Positions 10,182-18,291 of a stretch of DNA of 64,000 nucleotides are shown here, piece after piece. The stretch is from positions 214,694 through 278,693 of the forward strand of contig JBKBOD010000005.1 in assembly GCA_046295055.1 (NCBI GenBank), given 5' to 3'. A program made the translations under genes and the position numbers. The notes below the pieces were generated by a model that was given only the letters and a program-made list of their open reading frames with translations, did not search any database and was not told where the DNA came from. Each line of letters begins with the position of its first letter. Position 1 is the first letter of the stretch. This DNA comes from Caulobacter sp. (GTDB lineage: Bacteria > Pseudomonadota > Alphaproteobacteria > Caulobacterales > Caulobacteraceae).

Positions 10182-10373
10182 ATGGACCCGTTCCTGGAGC
10201 CCGGCGCCCTGGTTCGCCATCCGGACCGGCCCGACTGGGGCCTCGGCCAGGTGCAGAGCTGCATCGGCCGGCGGGTGACGGTGGACTTTGAACACGCCGG
10301 GAAACAGGCGTTGGACGGGTCGGTGGTGCGGCTGATCCTGGTCGCCGAGGACGAGTGGGGAGACGGGGCTTGA
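10182..10373 (+). CDS. small DUF3553-like protein
   Basis: 63-aa ORF (LEPGALVRHPDRPDWGLGQVQS...VTVDFEHAGK) resembling the DUF3553 family as I remember it. It is divergent from rho and directly upstream of cysQ. Confidence 0.55.
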   Translation: MDPFLEPGALVRHPDRPDWGLGQVQSCIGRRVTVDFEHAGKQALDGSVVRLILVAEDEWGDGA

Positions 10374-10381
10374 GCCTGAAC

Positions 10382-11146
10382 ATGGATCGCGGCCGGATCG
10401 GCGAGGTGCTGGCCGACATCGTCGAGGAGGCGGGCCGCCTGGTGCTGCCGCTGTGGCGCACGGGCCTTGCGGTGGACTCCAAGGCAGACGACAGCCCGGT
10501 GACCGAGGCCGATCGCCAGGGCGAAGTCCTGATCACCGAGCGGCTCAAGGCGCTGTTCCCGGACGTGCCGATCATCGCGGAGGAACACGCCAGCCAGTAC
10601 GGCACGCCGGACCAGATCGGCCCCTGCTTCTTCCTGGTCGATCCGGTGGACGGCACCAAGGCCTTCGTGCGCGGCGATCCCAGCTGGACGGTCAACATCG
10701 GCCTGATCGAAAACCGCCGGCCGATCGCCGGCGCCGTCTGCGCCCCGGCTAGCGGCGAGACCTGGTTCACGGGACCGGACGGTGCGCTCAAGCGCAGCGA
10801 GGGCGGCCAGGCCGAGCCCTGCCGCGTGCGACCCTGGCCCAAGGGCGAGGCTGTCTGCCTGATCAGCCACACCATGAAGCCGGAGACCGGCGAGAAGCTG
10901 CGGGCGCAGTACGGCTTCGACCAGACCCTGGCGCTGGACTCCTCGGTCAAGCTTTGCCGGATCGCCGAGGGGACGGCCGACATCTATCCGCGCCACGGGC
11001 CGACCAGCGAATGGGACATCGCCGCCGCCCATGCGGTGCTCGAGGCGGCGGGCGGCACGGTCCTGACCCCCGAGGGCGCCCCCTTCCTCTATGGCAAGGC
11101 CGACGAGCGGTTCCTCAACGGCTGGTTCGTCGCGCGGGGCGGCTGA
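10382..11146 (+). CDS. cysQ: 3'(2'),5'-bisphosphate nucleotidase CysQ (inositol monophosphatase family)
   Basis: Contains the motifs SPVTEADR, FLVDPVDGTKAF and WDIAAAHAVLEAAGG. Start set at MDRGRIGE. Confidence 0.8.
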   Translation: MDRGRIGEVLADIVEEAGRLVLPLWRTGLAVDSKADDSPVTEADRQGEVLITERLKALFPDVPIIAEEHASQYGTPDQIGPCFFLVDPVDGTKAFVRGDPSWTVNIGLIENRRPIAGAVCAPASGETWFTGPDGALKRSEGGQAEPCRVRPWPKGEAVCLISHTMKPETGEKLRAQYGFDQTLALDSSVKLCRIAEGTADIYPRHGPTSEWDIAAAHAVLEAAGGTVLTPEGAPFLYGKADERFLNGWFVARGG

Positions 11147-11176
11147 GCGGGGCTTGTCGTCCCTGTGCGGCCGGCC

Positions 11177-11288
11177 TGCGTCCTTCGACACGCGCTGCGC
11201 GCTGCTCAGGATGACGGGCTTTGGGGGTGCGCCCCTCGACGTCATGCTGAGCAGCGATCCTTCAGGATCGCGTGTCGAAGCACGCACC
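11177..11288 (+). repeat. intergenic hairpin repeat, copy A (module iii only of the mosaic element)
   Basis: tgcgtccttcgacacgcgctgcgcgctgctcaggatgac...gtcatgctgagcagc...gcgtgtcgaagcacgcacc. The two arms are inverted repeats. The same unit recurs at 62776-62886 and, inverted, at about 20894-21005. Confidence 0.85.
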
Positions 11289-11296
11289 CTGGCCCC

Positions 11297-11743
11297 TCAG
11301 GCCTTGGGCGTGTTCTTCAGCGCTTCTTCCCGCCAGCCCTTCTCCTGCTCGATGATCTCGGGCGAGGCGATGCCCTCGAAGTCCTCGGGCTCGAAGAAGC
11401 GGCGCAGCTCGATGACGCCCTCGACGTCGCCATCCTTGAAGTCGGGGCGGGGAACCCGGAGAAGCCAGTCGAGCGCCTCGTCCCAGTCCTTGACGTTGAG
11501 CACCCAGTAGCCGGCGATCAGTTCCTTGGTCTCGGCGAAGGGGCCGTCGATGATGACCGGCTTGCCGCTGCGATAGCTCAGGCGGGCGCCCTTGCTGGAG
11601 GGATGCAGGCCGGCGCCGTCGACCAGGACGCCGGCGGCGATCAGTTCGTTGTTGTAGACGCCCATGGCCTCGACCTGTTCGGCCGTCGGCATGACGCCGG
11701 CCTCGGTCTCGGCGTTGGCCTTGACGATCATCAGAACGCGCAT
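11297..11743 (-). CDS. YciI family protein
   Basis: MRVLMIVKANAETEAG...IIDGPFAETKELIAGYWVL is typical of the YciI/DGPF family. The ORF was trimmed to an ATG preceded by aggaga. Confidence 0.8.
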   Translation of the reverse strand: MRVLMIVKANAETEAGVMPTAEQVEAMGVYNNELIAAGVLVDGAGLHPSSKGARLSYRSGKPVIIDGPFAETKELIAGYWVLNVKDWDEALDWLLRVPRPDFKDGDVEGVIELRRFFEPEDFEGIASPEIIEQEKGWREEALKNTPKA

Positions 11744-11850
11744 GTCTTGGTCTCCTGTCTGTTTTTCTCGCCGGGCGTCCGGCGCGGTCTGACCCAAGGA
11801 CGGGGCAGGTCCGGACAGGCCGACAAATTTTTTTCCGGGGGTTTTGGGGC

Positions 11851-12501
11851 TCAGGCCCGTTTGGTCGACAGGATCGGCACCGGCTGGGCCAGCATCTGGC
11901 CGCGCATGGTGGGATTCTCGGCCTTGTCGCTGGTCGGCATGGTCAGGATGCGGCGGACTAGGTCCATCCCCTGCACGACCCGGCCGAAGGCGGCGTAGCC
12001 GAGATTGTCGCCCGGAGCTTCCGGGTTGGCGTCGAGGTAGGGGGCGTCGCCGACGCAGATGAAGAAGTCCGAGGTTCCGGTCCCCGGCGCCTCGCGCGCC
12101 AGCGAGATGGTCCCGTCGAGGTGCTTGATGCCGGTCCTGGTCGTCGGCTCGTGCTCGACGCCCTTGAAGTTGCCCTTCTTGGTGTCGAAGCGGGCGCCGC
12201 CCTGCACCAGGCCGTAGTCGCTGGCCCCGCCGGCGCGGACGGCGCGGTAGATGGCCGACCGGTTGAACCGGCCGGCGTCGACGTACCGCATGATGTTGGC
12301 CACCGTCAGGGGCGCCTGGGCCTCGAAGAGATCAAGCACCAGCAGGCCCTCGCCGGTGGCCATGTTCAGCCGCAGGATGCCCGGCGCGGGCGGCGCCAGA
12401 ACGGCGGGGCCGGCAGGCGTCGGGGCGGCGGCGTCCTGGGCCCTGCCGAGGCCAGGTAGGCCGGCCAGGGCGCCGGCGGCGATCAGGCTGCGTCGGTTCA
12501 T
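11851..12501 (-). CDS. exported peptidyl-prolyl cis-trans isomerase (cyclophilin type)
   Basis: Signal peptide MNRRSLIAAGALAGLPGLGRAQD followed by cyclophilin motifs (FNRSAIYRAV, GTISLAREAPGTGTSDFFICVGD, YAAFGRVVQGMD). Confidence 0.85.
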   Translation of the reverse strand: MNRRSLIAAGALAGLPGLGRAQDAAAPTPAGPAVLAPPAPGILRLNMATGEGLLVLDLFEAQAPLTVANIMRYVDAGRFNRSAIYRAVRAGGASDYGLVQGGARFDTKKGNFKGVEHEPTTRTGIKHLDGTISLAREAPGTGTSDFFICVGDAPYLDANPEAPGDNLGYAAFGRVVQGMDLVRRILTMPTSDKAENPTMRGQMLAQPVPILSTKRA

Positions 12502-12578
12502 GGGGTTCTCCGGGCGTTGCGGCATCCTCCGCGCCAGGGCGTTGGCTGACAAGCGGCAAGCTGTGGTAATCTCGGCCG

Positions 12579-12761
12579 ATGGATGATCGCTCCGACAGAC
12601 AGTCCCGTCCCCTCGGCCTTTCGGCCTTCGAGGCGATGTCGGCGGTGGAGGGTCTGTCGCTGGATGCGGCCGGTCGGGCCCGGCTGAAGAGCCTCGCCGC
12701 GACCGATCTGCCTTCCGCCGAGCGACGCGAGGCGATCCGGCGCGCTCACAGGCGCAGGTGA
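12579..12761 (+). CDS. VbhA/FicA-like antitoxin of the downstream Fic protein
   Basis: 60-aa ORF whose stop overlaps the fic GTG start (GTGA). It contains an ..MSAVEGLSLD.. segment resembling the inhibitory (S/T)xxxE(G/N) helix of class I Fic antitoxins. Confidence 0.65.
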   Translation: MDDRSDRQSRPLGLSAFEAMSAVEGLSLDAAGRARLKSLAATDLPSAERREAIRRAHRRR

Positions 12762-13333
12762 CCGACGACCACGGCAATCAGGCGTATCGCGATCCCTACC
12801 TCTACAGGACCGGCGGAGCGCTCAAGAACCGTCTCGGGCTGCGGGATCCCGTGGCGCTGGAGCGGTTCGAGCTGGAGATGACCGGCCTCCGCTCACTGGA
12901 GCCGCTGCCCGCCGGTCCGCTGACCGCCGCCCACTACAAGCGCCTGCACCGCCATCTCTTTCAGGATGTCTACGCCTGGACGGGCCGGTACCGGACGGTC
13001 AGGATGTCCAAGGGCGGCTCGGTCTTCTGTTTTCCAGAGCACGTCCCGGCCGCCATGGACGCGCTCTTCGCCGGCATCCGCGCAGGCCCTCCGACGGGGC
13101 CGGGTTTCGCAGGCCGCGCGGCCGAAATCCTCGCCGAGCTGAACGCCATTCACCCGTTTCGGGACGGCAACGGGCGCGCCCAACTTACCCTGCTGCGACA
13201 GATGGCCGACCTTGCGGGGGTGGACCTCGATCTGGGCCGTATTGCGCCCGCACCCTTCCTGACGGCCATGGTCCAAAGCTTCGCCGGCGAATTTGAGCCG
13301 CTCCTCGACCAGATTGCGGGCCTGATCGAGTAG
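12758..13333 (+). CDS. Fic family protein (class I FicT/VbhT-like toxin)
   Basis: Fic active-site motif HPFRDGNGRAQL. The size (191 aa) and the coupled small upstream ORF fit a FicTA module. Confidence 0.85.
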   Translation: MTDDHGNQAYRDPYLYRTGGALKNRLGLRDPVALERFELEMTGLRSLEPLPAGPLTAAHYKRLHRHLFQDVYAWTGRYRTVRMSKGGSVFCFPEHVPAAMDALFAGIRAGPPTGPGFAGRAAEILAELNAIHPFRDGNGRAQLTLLRQMADLAGVDLDLGRIAPAPFLTAMVQSFAGEFEPLLDQIAGLIE

Positions 13334-13335
13334 GG

Positions 13336-14733
13336 TCAGCCTCCTCGCCGCATGTCCCAGAGCACCTGGGCGGCGAAGTCGACGTCGGCCTCGGTGTTGC
13401 GGAAGCTGGGGGTCAGGCGGACGTGGCGGCGGGCATAGGGGGCGGCCGAGCCGATCACCTTGGCCTGGCGCAGCCGGCGGACGGCCTGGTCGGCGGTCAT
13501 GCCCGAGACGTCGAAGCTGACGATGCCGGCGCTGAGCGCGGGGCCTATCGGGGTGCGCAGGGTGATGTGCGGCATCTGTGCCAGGGTCCCCTTCAGCCGC
13601 GAGGCCAGGGCGTGGGTGCGGGCGGCGATGGCGGCCTTGCCGACCATGCCATGGAACTGGAACGCCTCGGCGATCGACCAGACATGCTCGAAGGCCTTGA
13701 AGCCGCCGGGGGTCATGCGCGCGCCGGTGTTGGGGCCCGGATCATAGCCGCCGAGCCAGGCGCCGTAGGCGTTGGGGGCCAGGAAGGTCGGGATGACCGG
13801 GGTCAGGCGCGACCAGACGCCGGGGCGGGCGAAGACCACGCCCGTGCCGCGCGGGCCGAACAGCCATTTGTGGCAGCCGGCGACCAGGACATCGCAGCCG
13901 AGGGTGGCCATGGTCTCGTTCTCGACGCCGAAGCCATGCACGCCATCGACGATCAGCAGCACCTTCTGGTGGGGCTGGCGGGCGGCGTTGATGGGCGCGA
14001 GGGCCCGCGAAATGGCGCCGATGGGCATCTTCATGCCGGTCGAGCTGTGCACCCAGGTCAGGGCCAGGACCCGCGTGCGCTCGGTGACGGCGGCCATCAG
14101 ACGGCTGACGATCTGGGCCTCGGTGGCGGTTGCGGCGTTGTCGTAGAGGCTGATCTTGCGGATCGTTCCGCCGCCGGCCTGGGTGCGAAGTCGCAGGGCC
14201 TCGTGGGTGACGTAGTAGTCGTGGACGGTGGTCAGGACCTCTTCGCCGTAGCCGATCTTCAGGCCGCCATAGACCAGTCCGATGCCGCTGGTGGTGCTTT
14301 CGACGAGGGCGACATCGTCCATGGCCGCGCCGAAATAGTGGCCGGCGGCCTGGCGGGCGGCGTTCTGCAGCGGGCGATTGCGGGCCTCCAGGTAGCCGAC
14401 GGGGTCGGCGTCCAGCCCATTGCGATGGCGCTCGATGGCCTGGCGGACCAGGCGCGGGTTCGAGGCGAACAGCATCGCCGAGAGGTTGACCCAGTTCCAG
14501 TCGAGCGCCCACTGGCCGCGAACCCAGTTCCAGTCGGGGCCGCCGGCGGCGCGGGGCGCGGGATCGGGCGGCGGGGCGGGCGGCGGCAGGTCCGGCCCGG
14601 CGAACTCTGGCCCGCCCTCCGGCGGCGGCGGCTCCTGGGCGACGGCGCGGGCGGCCAGCCCGGCGGCGGCCAGACCCGCACCCGTCGCGGTCAGCAGCCC
14701 CCGCCGGCTGACATTCCTCTGCTCATCACTCAT
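13336..14733 (-). CDS. aminotransferase class V-fold PLP-dependent enzyme with a Tat-type signal peptide
   Basis: N-terminus SRRGLLTATGAGLAAAGLAARAVA (twin-arginine signal) and a Pro-rich linker, followed by a class V fold (VHSSTGMKMPI, LLIVDGVHGFG, CHKWLFGPRGTG). Confidence 0.8.
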   Translation of the reverse strand: MSDEQRNVSRRGLLTATGAGLAAAGLAARAVAQEPPPPEGGPEFAGPDLPPPAPPPDPAPRAAGGPDWNWVRGQWALDWNWVNLSAMLFASNPRLVRQAIERHRNGLDADPVGYLEARNRPLQNAARQAAGHYFGAAMDDVALVESTTSGIGLVYGGLKIGYGEEVLTTVHDYYVTHEALRLRTQAGGGTIRKISLYDNAATATEAQIVSRLMAAVTERTRVLALTWVHSSTGMKMPIGAISRALAPINAARQPHQKVLLIVDGVHGFGVENETMATLGCDVLVAGCHKWLFGPRGTGVVFARPGVWSRLTPVIPTFLAPNAYGAWLGGYDPGPNTGARMTPGGFKAFEHVWSIAEAFQFHGMVGKAAIAARTHALASRLKGTLAQMPHITLRTPIGPALSAGIVSFDVSGMTADQAVRRLRQAKVIGSAAPYARRHVRLTPSFRNTEADVDFAAQVLWDMRRGG

Positions 14734-14881
14734 GCCGCGTCCCCCTGCGGTTAACCATTCCAGTCCCGGCGGACAGCTTCACCCGGCTTCGTGCGAGAGG
14801 GGAGTGATCTGTGTCACGCCCCCTTTCATTCCGTCACGGCAGGCGGCTTATTCTGTCAAAAAACAACAAGCTGGCGTCGTC

Positions 14882-16198
14882 ATGCAGGCGCCCACAAGGG
14901 AGAAGGTGATGAGCGCGGACGTCAGGATCCCGGACGAGGTCGCCATGAAGGCGATCGACCCCAAGTCCTATGCCGACGACAGCGTCCACGAGGCGTTCCG
15001 CTGGCTGCGGGCCAACAAGCCGCTCGGCCGGGCCGAGCTGGAGGGGGTCTACCCGTTCTGGTTGGTCACCCGCCACGCGGACATCCTGGAGGTCAGCCGG
15101 CAGAACGACCTGTTCCACTCGGGCGACATGCCGACCACCTTCACCACCCGCGAGGCCGACGAGAAGGTCCGGGCGATGACCGGCGGCAGCCCGCATCTGG
15201 TGCGGACCCTGGTGCAGATGGACGCGCCGGACCATCCCAAGTACCGGCTGATGACCCAGGCCTGGTTCCTGCCGCAGAACATCCGCAAGCTGGAGGACCG
15301 CATCCGCCAGATCGCGCGGGAGCATGTCGACCAGATGGAGGCGCTGGGCGGGGAATGCGACTTCGTCAACGAGATCGCGCTCTACTACCCGCTGCGGGTC
15401 ATCATGGAGATCCTCGGCGTGCCGCCCGAGGACGAGCCGCGGATGCTCAAGCTGACGCAGGAGCTGTTCGGGGCGCAGGACCCGGAGCTGAACCGCAACA
15501 AGCAGGCGGAGATGGGCACGCCCGAGGCGATGGCCGCAATCCAGGCGGTGATCGCCGACTTCTTCATGTACTTCAAGGGCATCACCGACGACCGCAAGGC
15601 CAACCCGCGCGAGGACGTGGCCAGCGTGATCGCCAACGGCACGCTCGACGGCCAGCCGATCAACGACTTCGAGGCGATGAGCTACTACGTCATCGTCGCC
15701 ACCGCCGGCCATGACACGACCTCGTCCTCGACGGCGGCGGCGATCTGGGGGCTGGCGGCCAATCCGGAGGAGTTCGCCAAGGTCAAGGCCGACCCCTCGC
15801 TGATCCCCGGCCTGGTGGACGAGGCGATCCGCTGGATGACGCCGGTCAAGCACTTCATGCGCTCGGCCACCGAGGACACGGAACTGGGCGGCCAGAAGAT
15901 CGCCAAGGGCGACTGGCTGTGGCTGGCCTATCCGTCGGGCAACCGCGACGAGGCCGTGTTCGACGAGCCGGACGCCTTCCGGGTCGACCGCAAGAAGGGC
16001 AAGCACCTGGCCTTCGGCTATGGGGCCCACCTGTGCCTTGGCCAGCACCTGGCGAAGATGGAGATGCGCATCCTGTTCGAGGAACTGCTGCCCCGGCTGG
16101 AGAGCCTTGAGTTGGCGGGCGAGCCCAAGCTGGCCCAGGCCAGCTTCGTCGGCGGGCCCAAGCACCTGCCGATCCGCTATCGGTTCGCCAAGGCCTGA
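14882..16198 (+). CDS. cytochrome P450
   Basis: Heme-binding loop FGYGAHLCLGQHLA and I-helix ATAGHDTTSS. The ORF was trimmed to MQAPTREKVM; MSADV at 14909 is an alternative start. Confidence 0.9.
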   Translation: MQAPTREKVMSADVRIPDEVAMKAIDPKSYADDSVHEAFRWLRANKPLGRAELEGVYPFWLVTRHADILEVSRQNDLFHSGDMPTTFTTREADEKVRAMTGGSPHLVRTLVQMDAPDHPKYRLMTQAWFLPQNIRKLEDRIRQIAREHVDQMEALGGECDFVNEIALYYPLRVIMEILGVPPEDEPRMLKLTQELFGAQDPELNRNKQAEMGTPEAMAAIQAVIADFFMYFKGITDDRKANPREDVASVIANGTLDGQPINDFEAMSYYVIVATAGHDTTSSSTAAAIWGLAANPEEFAKVKADPSLIPGLVDEAIRWMTPVKHFMRSATEDTELGGQKIAKGDWLWLAYPSGNRDEAVFDEPDAFRVDRKKGKHLAFGYGAHLCLGQHLAKMEMRILFEELLPRLESLELAGEPKLAQASFVGGPKHLPIRYRFAKA

Positions 16199-16205
16199 CA
16201 AACAA

Positions 16206-16316
16206 AAGCGGCCCCGGACGGGTCCGGGGCCCAAGGCCCACATAGCAAAGCGGCCCCGGATCTCTCCGGGGCCCGGTCACTACACAAGAATGCGGCCCCG
16301 GATTTCTCCGGGGCCG
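16206..16316 (-). repeat. three tandem copies of a GC-rich terminator-type hairpin
   Basis: gcggccccgga-NNNN-tccggggcc occurs three times with a period of about 40 bp (16210-16233, 16250-16273, 16291-16316). Read on the minus strand, each copy is followed by a T-containing tail (cttttgtttg, ctttgct, attcttg). Confidence 0.75.
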
Positions 16317-16344
16317 CGGGTCCGATCCGGGGATCGGAAAACGC

Positions 16345-16482
16345 TTACTTCGCCTTGGTGGCGGCGTCCTCGACGGCCTCGCCGGCCTCCTGGACGTCCT
16401 GGCCGGCGCCCTGGACGGTGTTGCAGGCGGCGGTGGTGGTCAGGGCGGCGGCCAGAGCGGCCATGACGATGAGCTTACGCAT
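16345..16482 (-). CDS. entericidin A/B family small lipoprotein (45 aa, too short for the ORF track)
   Basis: Hand translation gives MRKLIVMAALAAALTTTAACNTVQGAGQDVQEAGEAVEDAATKAK. It has a lipobox-like AAC, then CNTxxGxGxD(I/V)xxxG as in EcnA/EcnB. An EcfG-type promoter lies upstream. Confidence 0.75.
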   Translation of the reverse strand: MRKLIVMAALAAALTTTAACNTVQGAGQDVQEAGEAVEDAATKAK

Positions 16483-16535
16483 CGGTTTCTTCTCCAATTT
16501 GGCCCACGCTACGGGGGCGGAACCAGCCGCCAGAT

Positions 16536-16560
16536 AACGCCGCCGTCAGGACCGGGTTCC
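16536..16560 (-). promoter_or_regulatory. EcfG(sigT)-type promoter motif GGAAC-N16-CGTT upstream of the entericidin-like gene
   Basis: The plus strand reads AACG(16536-16539)-N16-GTTCC(16556-16560). The motif overlaps the last codons and stop of phyK and lies about 55 nt upstream of the ATG at 16482. Confidence 0.65.
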
Positions 16561-18291
16561 ACCGGCGGGCGTCGGATTGTCGATGCGGTCGAGGGCCTCG
16601 GGCGTGGGGAAGATCAGGGTTACGGTCAGGCCGCCCTCGGGGTTGGGCTCCATCTCCATCCGGCCGCGCAGCTGGCGGGCGAAGGCGTTCATCAGGGTGC
16701 GGCCGACGCCGCCCTTGGCCTGCAGGAGGGCCGGGTCCGGGTTCCGGCCGCCGCCGTCGTCGGCGATGCTGAGGATGGCTTCCGGCCCATCGACACGGAA
16801 GGTCAGGGTCAGCACCCCGCCGGCCTCGGCCAGGCCGTGCTTCTGGGCGTTGGTCAGGGCCTCGACGGCGAACAGCGCCAGCGGGGCCAACTTGTCGGGA
16901 TCGATGATCAGCGGCTGGGCATGGACCTCCAGACGCACCCGGCCCTGGGTGGTGTCGGCCATCATCAGCTGGTTGGTCAGGTCCTCGAGGAACGGCCGCA
17001 GGTCGGCATGCTGGATGTCGGCGCCCTGGTAGAGGGCGCGGTAGACCAGCGACAGGGCGGTGATCCTCTGGCGGGTGTCGTAGATGGCCAGCCGCGCCCC
17101 GGTGTCGGTCAGGGCGCGCTCCTGCATCGACAGCAGGGAGGAGATGACCTGCAGGTTGTTCTTCACCCGGTGGTGAATCTCGCGCAGCAGCCCGTCCTTC
17201 TGGCTGAGGGTCTCGCGCAGCGAGGCGTCGCGCTCGAGGATGCCCGAGGCCATGGCGTCGAGGGTCTCGGCGAGATCGCGGATTTCCTGCGGCGCGGCCT
17301 CGGCCTGCAGCGGGCGCACCGACAGCCGGCCGCGGGCGTAGATGGCGGCGACCCGCTCCAGATAGACAATCCAGCGCAGCACGACCCGGTCGATGGCGAA
17401 CATGACCGCGACCAGGGCGACGATGTAGGCCAGCAGCGGGAAGACCAGGCCCGACAGGGGGTCGAGCCAGGCGGTCGAGATCAGGCCGCGCGACGGCGCC
17501 GACAGGACGACAAAGACGTCCTGACCGACCAGGGGCGCGATCGAGTAGACGCGGCGCAGCCGGTCCGGAGCCCATTCCTGGGCCAGATAGCCCTCCCCGC
17601 CCAGCGACCGCTCGACCCAGCGGGCGGGAATGGCCGGGAAGGCCCGGCGGTCGGTGACCGACAGGATGGCGCCGGTGCGGTCGACGAGGGCGACGTCCGC
17701 GCCGTCGGGCAGGGCGCGGTCGCGCAGGCTGGGGCGCAGGCTGGCGAGCGGAATGACGGCGGTGAGCACGCCGTCGGACTGGGGCCCGGCGCGGACCGAG
17801 GCCAGGATCACCGGCTCGTCGGCATAGCGGGCGCCGGGCTGGCTGGTCACCGTCATCGGCTGGTCGGCGAAGAGGTCGCGGAACCAGGGGCGATTGCGGC
17901 GCTCGGGGTCGGCCGGCGCGGAATCGGCGGAACAGGCCACCCGGCCGGTGCTCTCGAAGCGGATCAGGTTGGCGTAGCCGGGGATGCGCTCCTTCACCTC
18001 GGCCAGGCGCCGCTGGCAGTCGAGGCCGACGACGCCGGGGGCGAGGGTCTCGAGCAGGATGGAGGCGCTTTCCATGCGCGCCCGAGCGCCGGCGGCGCTG
18101 CGCAGGGCTGCCCCCTGCAGGGCCTCGTTCTGCTCGACCGCCTCGCGGCGGAAGGACAGGCCCGACTGGATGACGCCCAGGAACAGCACCGGGGCCAGGG
18201 CAAGCGTCAGCACGACGGCCAGACGCGCGCGGATGGTGCCGCGCGCGCGGCCGGGCAGGCCGCCCAGTCTTCCCCTCAGCAGCCGTTTCAC
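16546..18291 (-). CDS. phyK: HWE/HisKA_2-type sensor histidine kinase of the GSR locus (PhyK-like)
   Basis: Two TM segments flank a periplasmic domain, followed by a HAMP-like region and the H-box LLREIHHRVKNNLQVISSLLSMQ. The GTG start overlaps the sigT stop (GTGA), and the position matches phyK in Caulobacter. Confidence 0.8.
   Translation of the reverse strand: MKRLLRGRLGGLPGRARGTIRARLAVVLTLALAPVLFLGVIQSGLSFRREAVEQNEALQGAALRSAAGARARMESASILLETLAPGVVGLDCQRRLAEVKERIPGYANLIRFESTGRVACSADSAPADPERRNRPWFRDLFADQPMTVTSQPGARYADEPVILASVRAGPQSDGVLTAVIPLASLRPSLRDRALPDGADVALVDRTGAILSVTDRRAFPAIPARWVERSLGGEGYLAQEWAPDRLRRVYSIAPLVGQDVFVVLSAPSRGLISTAWLDPLSGLVFPLLAYIVALVAVMFAIDRVVLRWIVYLERVAAIYARGRLSVRPLQAEAAPQEIRDLAETLDAMASGILERDASLRETLSQKDGLLREIHHRVKNNLQVISSLLSMQERALTDTGARLAIYDTRQRITALSLVYRALYQGADIQHADLRPFLEDLTNQLMMADTTQGRVRLEVHAQPLIIDPDKLAPLALFAVEALTNAQKHGLAEAGGVLTLTFRVDGPEAILSIADDGGGRNPDPALLQAKGGVGRTLMNAFARQLRGRMEMEPNPEGGLTVTLIFPTPEALDRIDNPTPAGGTRS

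Noticed and set aside
12502-13333. Mobile-element context (integrase, transposase or tRNA attachment site) for the FicTA module, and likewise for VapBC at 26884-27539.
   Set aside because: No integrase or transposase ORFs, tRNA genes or direct repeats were found flanking either module. They are reported only as stand-alone TA pairs.
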